DNA of 64,000 nt. Origin: Candidatus Caldarchaeum sp. (lineage in GTDB: Archaea; Thermoproteota; Nitrososphaeria_A; Caldarchaeales; Caldarchaeaceae). The stretch covers positions 453,410 to 517,409 of the forward strand of contig JAVZZH010000001.1 of the NCBI GenBank assembly GCA_038885755.1, given 5' to 3'. Under the pieces are notes generated by a model. It had not been told where the DNA came from. It saw only the letters and a program-made list of their open reading frames with translations, and did not search any database. Of the stretch, positions 11,702-19,450 are shown piece after piece (position 1 is the first letter of the stretch; every line of letters starts with the position of its first letter). The position numbers were made by a program, and so were the translations under genes.

Positions 11702-11866
11702 TGTTGAGGCATGTTGCGTCTTCTTCTTGACGATCCTGATTTTGCAGAGCAGCGAGTCGCCGTCCTTGATCTCGAAGATTTTTCTTATCTCTTCAGGGAT
11801 GGTTATCCGACCTCCTGCAGTGACCTCCGCGAAGAACGGAATATCCTCTTCAGATATTTCAACCAT
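11696..11866 (-). CDS. AbrB/SpoVT/MazE-type DNA-binding protein (56 aa, not in the supplied ORF track)
   Basis: My own reverse-strand translation is MVEISEEDIPFFAEVTAGGRITIPEEIRKIFEIKDGDSLLCKIRIVKKKTQHASTS. GRITIPEEIRKxFxIKxGD is the looped-hinge-helix signature. Confidence 0.65.
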   Translation of the reverse strand: MVEISEEDIPFFAEVTAGGRITIPEEIRKIFEIKDGDSLLCKIRIVKKKTQHASTS

Positions 11867-11904
11867 TTTTACAGCACATTATTTGATCAAGCTGCTTAAT
11901 AACT

Positions 11905-12879
11905 TCACTCGGCACGGGCCGGGCCTCCGACTCCCGAAACCCATGGTTTGAACCCGAGGTCCTCCACCCTGCTGGAGACATACTGGGCGTCCTCGGGATG
12001 GGTGTTTATGAAGACGGTGGGCCCCGTCTGCATCGAGTAGTAGCATTCTACCCCCTCCCTCCTCAGCCGCATAACCTCGTTAATTATCCTCATGCTGTCA
12101 ACCGACGCAAGTATCAGCCTTCTAGGGCCTGTGGCCGTGGCCGCGTGCAGCTCTATCGTGTCCAGTTCCTTCAACTCGCCGAAAGTCCTGAAGTCTCCGT
12201 TCACTATGGCTTTCTCCATCACATCGCATCTCTGCTGAGCGTTCCTAACACGGGCGTCGAAGAGAGTGGATCGCTCGGCCTCCGAGTGAGCTTCCTCGGT
12301 CGAGAACTCGGCGTTTAACGGCACCACCACCACTTTGAGCGGGAGGTTTTTCCCGTCTGCGAAACAGACGGCGTAAGAATCTTCGTCAGAGCTGCCTGCA
12401 TACCATCTGGAGTAGTTGCCTACGACGCTTCTGCAGGCCGAGCCCGCCAGCCTCCGCGCAATCCTCGACAGAAGACGCATGTCCCATCCGTACCGCTTGT
12501 CCAAGCCAGCTGCTTTGAAGGAGGCGGCGGCTAGCGCAGCCCCTCCTGATGAGGAGAAACCGAGACCCTTCACCCTTCCCAGCGGTATCGAGTTGCTTGA
12601 GACAACTCTGAAGTTCGCTTCAAACCCTGCCAGCCTCATGACGTGTTCGACGACGGCTTGGATGCGCTGAAACTCCCTGCCCGATACTCTGACGCCGTTG
12701 ATGATGGCCGTGCTCTCGCCGAAATCGCCGAACTCAACCTCAGTAGTCGTGGTGAATGCGTCGAGGTTGACTGAGATGCTGTCATGGTAGGGAATTCTCA
12801 GGTTCCAGTCCCTGAGACCGTGGTATTTTACAAGCCCCTCCATTGGATGAGCGACGGCCCTTCCCTTCACAGCCCCCAC
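11905..12879 (-). CDS. GHMP-kinase superfamily, diphosphomevalonate decarboxylase (MVD) family
   Basis: HPMEGLVKYHGLRD (compare IKYWGKRD), GLGFSSSGGAALAAA (ATP loop), LAGSACRSV and MQTGPTVF. The substrate (diphospho-, phospho- or bisphospho-mevalonate, or other) is not decidable. Confidence 0.7.
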   Translation of the reverse strand: MGAVKGRAVAHPMEGLVKYHGLRDWNLRIPYHDSISVNLDAFTTTTEVEFGDFGESTAIINGVRVSGREFQRIQAVVEHVMRLAGFEANFRVVSSNSIPLGRVKGLGFSSSGGAALAAASFKAAGLDKRYGWDMRLLSRIARRLAGSACRSVVGNYSRWYAGSSDEDSYAVCFADGKNLPLKVVVVPLNAEFSTEEAHSEAERSTLFDARVRNAQQRCDVMEKAIVNGDFRTFGELKELDTIELHAATATGPRRLILASVDSMRIINEVMRLRREGVECYYSMQTGPTVFINTHPEDAQYVSSRVEDLGFKPWVSGVGGPARAE

Positions 12880-14028
12880 CTAGGTGTAGCGTATTTTTTG
12901 AAACCTTCTAACCAACTCAACAACCTCAGCCGAGACATTCTCCCCCTCCAAGGCCCTGCTGCAAAGCCGGGCTGCCCTCGACATCTGCTTCAAACCCATA
13001 CCCCTTCTGGAAACCTCGCAAGTCCCCATCCTGACAGCTATGTCCACAAGTATCCTCGACTTCTCCAGAACATCCCTCGTCCTCACTCCATCCTGCTCCG
13101 TGCAAGGTATGTACACTTGATGCGATTTTGTGTATCCGCTCGAGTCCTTGAAAGGCTTGACCCCATACTTATCGAGAGACGAAGCCAGCTCTGACGCGTT
13201 GCTCACCACTCTCTCAGCGTAGGCCGGACCGTTGCGCTTCATCTCGTCAAGGGCTACGGCCAGCCCCGCAACCCTGTTGAAGTGAATGTTGTCTACAAAC
13301 TTGTGGAAAGTCGTTTCCTCCACCGCCCTAGCGAGTTTTTCGTCGTTGGTGAGTATAATTCCTCCTTGGGGGCCGAAGAATGATTTGTGAGTCGACCCGA
13401 GCAGGATGTCAGCTCCTTCTTCGAGAGGCTTCTGGAACAAGCCGCCCGCTATCAGCCCTAGGACGTGAGAGCCGTCGTAAACAACCCTGCCTCCGTACGA
13501 ATGTACGGCCTCCGACAGCTCCTTCACCGGCATCGGGTAGAGAAATATACTCGCCCCCAGCACCACGGCGTCCGGCCTCTCCCTCTCAACAATTCTGAGA
13601 GACTCCTCCAAGTCCAGACGAAAGCCTTTGTACGGGAGAAAATGAACACGGTATCCGAAAAGTTCAACAATCTTATCCTCCATCAAGCCGGGGTATCCGC
13701 CAGCCGAGGGGTCGACCGACGCGACCTTGCCTCCCCTGCCTGCGACAACGTATAAAGCCTGCATCAGGGCCAGGTGGCCGGAGAGAGGAGCTACGCTGAC
13801 GAAGTCGCAGCGGAACACGCTCTTAGCCAAGTCCTCGGCAGCTCTCCAGACTTCATGCATCATCGACGTGCCTGAGTAGAATTCTGGCCTGAACGCGTAG
13901 CGGGATGCCATGTCCGACGAGAGAGCTCTTCTGACGGCTGGGCTGAGGACGTTGTCGCTCGCCAACAGGCTGAGACACTTTTTCCTTTCACGGTCATGCC
14001 TGTAAACAGCTTCAAGAGGCCTGAACAT
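12880..14028 (-). CDS. Divergent serine hydroxymethyltransferase-like PLP enzyme
   Basis: LLASDNVLSP and GSTHKSFFGPQGGII (PLP-Lys motif of the SHMT fold). Only 382 aa and lacks the canonical YYGG segment. The stop abuts the MVD-like start. Confidence 0.65.
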   Translation of the reverse strand: MFRPLEAVYRHDRERKKCLSLLASDNVLSPAVRRALSSDMASRYAFRPEFYSGTSMMHEVWRAAEDLAKSVFRCDFVSVAPLSGHLALMQALYVVAGRGGKVASVDPSAGGYPGLMEDKIVELFGYRVHFLPYKGFRLDLEESLRIVERERPDAVVLGASIFLYPMPVKELSEAVHSYGGRVVYDGSHVLGLIAGGLFQKPLEEGADILLGSTHKSFFGPQGGIILTNDEKLARAVEETTFHKFVDNIHFNRVAGLAVALDEMKRNGPAYAERVVSNASELASSLDKYGVKPFKDSSGYTKSHQVYIPCTEQDGVRTRDVLEKSRILVDIAVRMGTCEVSRRGMGLKQMSRAARLCSRALEGENVSAEVVELVRRFQKIRYT

Positions 14029-14064
14029 CCAAAAAGTTCTTCGCGCCGAGGATTTTACTGTTTT

Positions 14065-14523
14065 TCACACGTAGACGTACCTAGTTTCAGCCTTGACGAC
14101 TCTCAGCGTGACGAAGGTGTTCACCGCTGAAACACCTTTGAGCTTCTTTATCCTATCAACAACCTCCCTTACGTGGTTTAAATCGTAGCCGACGACGACC
14201 GCGATCGCGTCATAGTCTCCTGAAAGCTGGTAGATGTTATAAACCTCCCTCATGGCTTTCAGCTCCTCAAGAACATTATCCAGCTCGGAAGGCTCTATCT
14301 TAATCATCAACGCGGCTGAATTCTTCAGCCCGAGCTTAGAATGGTCCACAAGCGCAGTGATGCGGCGGATTACACCGCTGCGGACAAGCCGGTTGAACCT
14401 GAAACGAACCGTGTTTTCGCTGACTCCAAGCTTCCTCCCTATGTCGGCAAAAGAGGCTCGTCCGTCCTCGTAGAGGATCGAAAGTATCTTCTTGTCGAGC
14501 TCGTCAACCTCCTCAGCCATCAC
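14065..14523 (-). CDS. lrp: Lrp/AsnC family transcriptional regulator
   Basis: LDKKILSILYEDGRASFADIGRKLGVSENTVRFRFNRLVRSGVI plus a C-terminal RAM domain. Confidence 0.9.
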   Translation of the reverse strand: MMAEEVDELDKKILSILYEDGRASFADIGRKLGVSENTVRFRFNRLVRSGVIRRITALVDHSKLGLKNSAALMIKIEPSELDNVLEELKAMREVYNIYQLSGDYDAIAVVVGYDLNHVREVVDRIKKLKGVSAVNTFVTLRVVKAETRYVYV

Positions 14524-14938
14524 CGTCCCACCTGACTATCAACCCTTTGTCCGGGCTGTGTTTTGAGAGGTCGACAAACCTCCAACCCCTTCCGACAAAC
14601 CTTATAGCGGCGACAGGCCTTGGATGTATCCGCTCACCGCAGTGAGGACACTTTACTTCAAACTTCTTCACAAACTCCATCAGCCTAGAGACCTGCTCGC
14701 TGTTCAGCATGGCGTATGATTTGCCGCTGCTTTTCACCTCGACAGCTATCAACTCGCCTCCGTCAACAGCCAGCATGTCGGGCTTAGCCATCTTACCCGA
14801 GCCGCTTCCCGGAGTCCTTATGGCGTAGAAACCATCCTCCCCGACCTCGACGAACTTTCTCAGCAGGCTGTACTCACCTTCGTAGCCCAGCCGCGCCCTA
14901 TACTTTGGGGAGTTAGGGTTGGAGGGTTTTCGAGCCAT
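14513..14938 (-). CDS. hjc: Holliday junction resolvase Hjc family
   Basis: GYEGEYSLLRKF...AIRTPGSGSG...PDMLAV...IAVEVKSS...GWRFVDLS parallels the Hjc E..D..ExK core. Extra basic N-terminus and a KCPHCGERIH insertion. Confidence 0.8.
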   Translation of the reverse strand: MARKPSNPNSPKYRARLGYEGEYSLLRKFVEVGEDGFYAIRTPGSGSGKMAKPDMLAVDGGELIAVEVKSSGKSYAMLNSEQVSRLMEFVKKFEVKCPHCGERIHPRPVAAIRFVGRGWRFVDLSKHSPDKGLIVRWDGDG

Positions 14939-14942
14939 ACAT

Positions 14943-15326
14943 TCAACGCCCGTCTTCGAGATGTATTATCTTCTTCTCCTGCTTCTCCGCGACAGGCGGG
15001 TTCTTCTCGATCTCGTTCAGCTCGATCAGCAGCGGGCTCAGATACCTGCTGAAAGTAGCCGAGTTCTTAACCCATTTCCTCTCCGAAGGCTTCGACAAAT
15101 ACCCAATCTCAACAAGGTTGGACAAGAATGTCGAGACGCTTCTACGCTTTCTCTCATTCCTTGACACAGATTCGTGTAAGCGTTCAGTCAAGTCTGTCAG
15201 GCTGAAGGTGGTTTTATTCATAGTGGCGATGGCCGCCAGCACCTGCACGATCTCGTCCTCGGTCAAAAGCCGCGTCTTCCACTTCAGCATCTTCACAACA
15301 GGGTTCACTTCTTTCATTTTTGTCAA
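14943..15326 (-). CDS. Hypothetical protein, possible winged-helix
   Basis: 127 aa. FSLTDLTERLHESV...STFLSNLVEIGYLSK resembles a wHTH recognition helix plus wing. ATGA-type 4-nt overlap with the upstream gene. Confidence 0.4.
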   Translation of the reverse strand: MTKMKEVNPVVKMLKWKTRLLTEDEIVQVLAAIATMNKTTFSLTDLTERLHESVSRNERKRRSVSTFLSNLVEIGYLSKPSERKWVKNSATFSRYLSPLLIELNEIEKNPPVAEKQEKKIIHLEDGR

Positions 15327-16759
15327 ACCCTGTAAAACCTTTCATAAATGTATGCCGGGTCGACCATCACCATTTTGCTGCATGAGAAGCATGTCGTCTG
15401 CAGCATTTCCTTATCTGATATGGCTAGCTCAAGCTCGGTTTTAGACGGGAGAACCAATAGGTTTGTCGACTGGCAGTAAGGGCATTTAAGCTTCACTCTC
15501 GTGCCGCTGTCGTCGTTGAGCAAGATGCCTTTGTTCTTGAGCCTGAAGAAGACAGGGGATTGAGCTGCCGCAGGCTCTGGGGAGGGCTGCCTGACACCGC
15601 TTAAACGGTTTAGCTCCGCCCTCAGCCTCTCGTTCTCCTCTTCAAGCTGAGCCTTCTTGGCGACGACTTCTTTAAACTCCTTCTCCAGCTTCTCGAAAAC
15701 CCATTTAGGAATCAAGTCGTTCTTTATAGCGGGCATTACAAACTCGACGACTTTCTTTCTGACGTTCTCCAAAAGCGACTGCTCCAGTGGTTTGAGCATC
15801 TGGATTTCACCAGCCTTCACCTTGGCGATGTTTGCGAACTGTTTAGACAGCGCCTCCAAGTCTTCTCTCTTCACCAGCTCAGGATTTTGTAGAAGCATCA
15901 TCAGGGACCGGGCCGACGCTGCCTCGTCCTCCAAAGCATCTATTATCTCCCTTCTCCTCTCAACCTCCTCCTCCAGCTTCCTCAACTCGGCCTTCTTCTC
16001 CTCGATGGCTTTCAGAACATCATCAGCACTCCCCCTGAAACCGACGAGCACTTCATACTCCTTAGCGAGTTCCTCAATCTTCCTAGAAAGAACTTCATGC
16101 CTGCTCTCCAGCTCAGCCACCGATTGTCTAAGCTTTTCGAGAAGTTGTCCAAGGTCTTCAACCTCAGGCAGCGACTGAGATAGTTGTTTTAGCCTGTCCT
16201 GCTTTGCGTTGAGCTCTTCCTCGAGTTGGCTGAGCTTCAGCTCCTTCTGCTGAAGCATGTTGTTGGCTTCTAGTATTTTCGACTCGACTTCGTCCAGTCG
16301 TGCGAATTTTTCAAACAGCTCTTTGACGTTTAGGCCTGAAGCGGCCATTTTCACAGCGGCTCTGACTATCTGCTCGAGGTTGTTGACGTCGACGGAGTGT
16401 TGTTCAAGCGTTTTCATCAGGTTCGCAACCCTGTTTACTGTCTCGAGAGTTAGCTTGTGCTGCTCTAGGTAGATCTTCAAGTCCTCCTCGATTCTTCTCC
16501 TCTTCTCCAGAAGCTCGTTGATGGCGTACTCGAGCTTAACACTTTCTCGGAATTTCTTCTCATAATCCTTAACCAGAGCGGAGTAGTTTTTTCCATGAGC
16601 TCTCTCGAGCTCGCGAAGCTTCAGCGCTGCCTTGACGTATCTCTTGAACTGTTGGGGAGACAGACCCAGCTCTTTATACGCGGTAAGAACCTCGCTCATC
16701 GCCCCCCCATCATCCTTACCCGCTCCACCGCCGCTCTCCAAGTTCTCGTCCATTAACAC
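15323..16759 (-). CDS. Long coiled-coil protein with C-terminal zinc ribbon
   Basis: About 350 aa of heptad-rich E/K/L sequence, then CPYCQSTN...CFSCSKM. No P-loop. The ATG at 16753 is an alternative start. Confidence 0.55.
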   Translation of the reverse strand: MLMDENLESGGGAGKDDGGAMSEVLTAYKELGLSPQQFKRYVKAALKLRELERAHGKNYSALVKDYEKKFRESVKLEYAINELLEKRRRIEEDLKIYLEQHKLTLETVNRVANLMKTLEQHSVDVNNLEQIVRAAVKMAASGLNVKELFEKFARLDEVESKILEANNMLQQKELKLSQLEEELNAKQDRLKQLSQSLPEVEDLGQLLEKLRQSVAELESRHEVLSRKIEELAKEYEVLVGFRGSADDVLKAIEEKKAELRKLEEEVERRREIIDALEDEAASARSLMMLLQNPELVKREDLEALSKQFANIAKVKAGEIQMLKPLEQSLLENVRKKVVEFVMPAIKNDLIPKWVFEKLEKEFKEVVAKKAQLEEENERLRAELNRLSGVRQPSPEPAAAQSPVFFRLKNKGILLNDDSGTRVKLKCPYCQSTNLLVLPSKTELELAISDKEMLQTTCFSCSKMVMVDPAYIYERFYRV

Positions 16760-16906
16760 GTTAAATCAACAAACAATGATTTAAGAGTATAAGTTTACCC
16801 AGAACATTCAGCGTCCATAAGTATTAGCCTCAACCTTCTCCCAGTAATACGTGAGTAGTGAAGTCTTAAATAAATACGTGGCATAACCATACGCGGTGCA
16901 GTAGTA

Positions 16907-17713
16907 TTGTTGTTGATGTTTAGCATGTTTTTGTTCCCAGCGGTGCTGGGCCTAGAATCAGTTGTTCCGCTCTTCTTCATCATACTACTTCTGCTGATAA
17001 TCCTTTCGTCATCCATCAAGGTGGTCACCGAGTACGAGAGGGCGGTGATCTTCCGTCTGGGCAGGTTGATAGGCATCAAGGGGCCGGGCGTGGTCATCAT
17101 CCTGCCGATAATAGACAGGCGTAGGATAATCGACCTGAGGCTGGTGACTTTCGACGTCCCTAAGCAGCGGATAATAACGAAGGACAACGTGACGGTCGAC
17201 GTCGACGCGATTGTCTACTTCAGAGTCACGGACCCTCAGATGGCTGTTGTCAAGGTCAAGGATTACTTCACGGCGTCGGCGCTTCTCGCTCAGACGACTC
17301 TGCGGGACGTTATCGGCCAGGTTGAGCTGGACGACCTCTTGACGAGGAGGGATGAGCTTAACAAGAGGCTTCAGCAGATACTCGACGAAGCCACGGAGCC
17401 TTGGGGAATCAAAGTCACAACCGTTGCGTTGAGGGATGTCGTGATTCCGGAGATGATGCAGAGAGCTATTGCGAAGCAGGCTGAGGCTGAGAGGGAGCGG
17501 CGTAGCAGGATCATAGCCGCCGAGGGTGAGCTGATGGCCGCTGAGAAGATGGCTCAGGCCGCCGACTACTACGCCAAACACCCAATAGCCCTACGTCTCA
17601 GAGAGCTCCAGACGTGGAGCGAGATAGCGAGGGAGAAGAACATGATAGTAGTTACAGAGTCAGCGTCCAGAGATCTGGGAACTGTTTTAGGACTAGTCAA
17701 GAAGCAGGAATGA
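16907..17713 (+). CDS. SPFH/Band 7 stomatin-like protein
   Basis: N-terminal TM, EYERAVIFRLGR, TKDNVTVDVDAIVYFRV and an AEAERERR coiled region. The ATG at 16916 is an alternative start. Confidence 0.9.
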   Translation: MLLMFSMFLFPAVLGLESVVPLFFIILLLLIILSSSIKVVTEYERAVIFRLGRLIGIKGPGVVIILPIIDRRRIIDLRLVTFDVPKQRIITKDNVTVDVDAIVYFRVTDPQMAVVKVKDYFTASALLAQTTLRDVIGQVELDDLLTRRDELNKRLQQILDEATEPWGIKVTTVALRDVVIPEMMQRAIAKQAEAERERRSRIIAAEGELMAAEKMAQAADYYAKHPIALRLRELQTWSEIAREKNMIVVTESASRDLGTVLGLVKKQE

Positions 17714-18978
17714 ATTTACTCGCTCTAATAATCCTAGTCGGAGTCTTCCAGACAGCGGCTGCCCAGCCCCCGACAGTGTTGTGGGTCGAGGTCAACGGAT
17801 ACATCTCGCCCGGCACAGCGGCCTACGTCGAGGAGGCGTTCGCCGAGGCCTCGAGGTATTCTGCGGTTCTGATCACGCTCGACACTCTGGGGGGGCAGGC
17901 TGACGCGATGCTCAGGATCGTGGAGTCGATTCAGCGTTCTCCCGTTCCGGTAATAGGGTTTGTCTACCCTGTTGGGGGGAAAGCCATGTCGGCAGGCACC
18001 TACATCCTGATGGCTTCGAACTTCGCCGCCATGTCTTCGGGCACCTTGATAGGCTCCGCCCAGCCGGTTGCGGGTGGAGAGCCTGTATCCGATTCTAAGG
18101 TGCTGAACTTCTTCGCCGAGAAGATGGGCTCGCTTGCTGAGGCCAACGGAAGGAACAGGGAGGAGGCTGTGAAAATAGTTCTTGAAAACAAAAACTTCAA
18201 CCCGCAGTCTGCGCTTGAGGCCGGGTTGATCGAGGCTGTCGCCAACAGCGTTGACGAGCTGTTTGAGCAGGCTGACGGAAAAACGGTCAAGACGTTCTGG
18301 GGTGAGCGGGTTTTGAACTTGAAGAACGCCAGCGTAGTCAGGAAAAGCCCAAGCCTTACCGCTGCGATAGTCTCGATTCTGTCGGACCCGCTTCTGTCAA
18401 GCGTCTTGATCACTCTCGGAATACTGCTGGTCGTCTTCGGATTGTCGAGCCCTGGATGGGGAGGCGAGGTGGCGGGTATTCTGCTGGTCATTTTGGGGTT
18501 GGTGGGGCAGGGGCTGAACATAAACATAGCAGGGGCGGTTCTGGTGGTTGTCGGTGCTGTATTGCTGCTGTATGAGCTGCTGTCGCCCGGGTTCGGGATA
18601 GTTGGAATCGGCGGAATACTCGCCTTAAGTCTCGGCGTGATACTGATAGGGGGCTATTCGCCCGCTCCCGCCTTCGTCGCTCAGGAGTGGTTTACTCAAC
18701 TGCAGACGACGGTGATGATGCTGGCTTTGTTCATGGCTGCTTTCCTCGGCTTCCTCGGATACAAGTCCTACAGAGCTCAGAGAAGAAAACCCATAGAGAT
18801 GTCTGCGAAGCGTGCAAGAGCTGTTGACAGGATAGAGGCTGGAAGAGTCGGCTACATCGTAATAGAGGGAGAGTACTGGCGTGCGAAAGCTGTGAAGACC
18901 GTTGAAGAAGGAAAAATGGTTAAAATAGTTGGACGGGAGGATGGGGTTTTTGTCGTGGAGCCAGAGGAGCCTACCTGA
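17710..18978 (+). CDS. nfeD: NfeD-type membrane-bound serine protease (stomatin operon partner)
   Basis: Signal/TM N-terminus MNLLALIILVG, ClpP-like domain (GGKAMSAGTYILMAS), several TM helices and a C-terminal OB-like NfeD domain. I chose the ATG at 17710, which overlaps the stomatin stop (ATGA). The track starts upstream at 17614. Confidence 0.85.
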   Translation: MNLLALIILVGVFQTAAAQPPTVLWVEVNGYISPGTAAYVEEAFAEASRYSAVLITLDTLGGQADAMLRIVESIQRSPVPVIGFVYPVGGKAMSAGTYILMASNFAAMSSGTLIGSAQPVAGGEPVSDSKVLNFFAEKMGSLAEANGRNREEAVKIVLENKNFNPQSALEAGLIEAVANSVDELFEQADGKTVKTFWGERVLNLKNASVVRKSPSLTAAIVSILSDPLLSSVLITLGILLVVFGLSSPGWGGEVAGILLVILGLVGQGLNINIAGAVLVVVGAVLLLYELLSPGFGIVGIGGILALSLGVILIGGYSPAPAFVAQEWFTQLQTTVMMLALFMAAFLGFLGYKSYRAQRRKPIEMSAKRARAVDRIEAGRVGYIVIEGEYWRAKAVKTVEEGKMVKIVGREDGVFVVEPEEPT

Positions 18979-19396
18979 TGGGCCTGCGCCTCTGGAAACC
19001 TCTAGACCTGAAACCTCCTCTCTCCCTTCGCTCCTCGGAGAAGCTCTCTTTCTGCGACAGGTTGTTTTCGGTGTTTACTTCGTCTATCTGGACGTCAGCT
19101 GGCTCGATCTTTCCGAACCTTCCAAGGTTCAGCTGCATGCGGCCTTTGAAGAGCTTGACGAAACCGTTAGTGACCTTCACTGCATCTCCTTCGTTAACCG
19201 TGTCTATGTTATCATCCCACAGCACCAGTGTAATGGCTCCTGTTTCGTCAGCTATCAAAGCCTCGGCAAGCCTGTGCTCCGACTGGTCGTACTGCGATGA
19301 CACAACTCTTGGCTCGGGCTTTTCCACGATTTTGGCAACGAGGTTCACACCCCTCGAGCGAGGGGTTAGGCTTCCAATCTTAACGAGTTCGCTCAA
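18971..19396 (-). CDS. ssb: Single-stranded DNA-binding protein, crenarchaeal single-OB type
   Basis: OB fold (VNLVAKIVE...ALIADETGAITLVLWDD...VKVTNGFVKLFKGRMQLNLG) and an RGG/RR-rich tail (RRERGGFRSRGFQRRR). TTG start. Confidence 0.8.
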   Translation of the reverse strand: MSELVKIGSLTPRSRGVNLVAKIVEKPEPRVVSSQYDQSEHRLAEALIADETGAITLVLWDDNIDTVNEGDAVKVTNGFVKLFKGRMQLNLGRFGKIEPADVQIDEVNTENNLSQKESFSEERRERGGFRSRGFQRRRPIR

Positions 19397-19450
19397 CTTC
19401 TTTCTTCACTCTTTTTTGCGGGTTTAGATGTTCACCGCCGTATATAAGTC

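Noticed and set aside
15657-16178. 173-aa Ser/Phe-rich ORF
   Set aside because: It is antisense to the GAG/AAG/CTC-rich coiled-coil gene. Poly-Ser/Leu/Phe is what the complement of E/K/L codons yields.
16795-17187. 130-aa minus-strand ORF upstream of and overlapping the stomatin gene
   Set aside because: It overlaps the confidently called SPFH gene in antisense and extends into its promoter region. It has no motif support.
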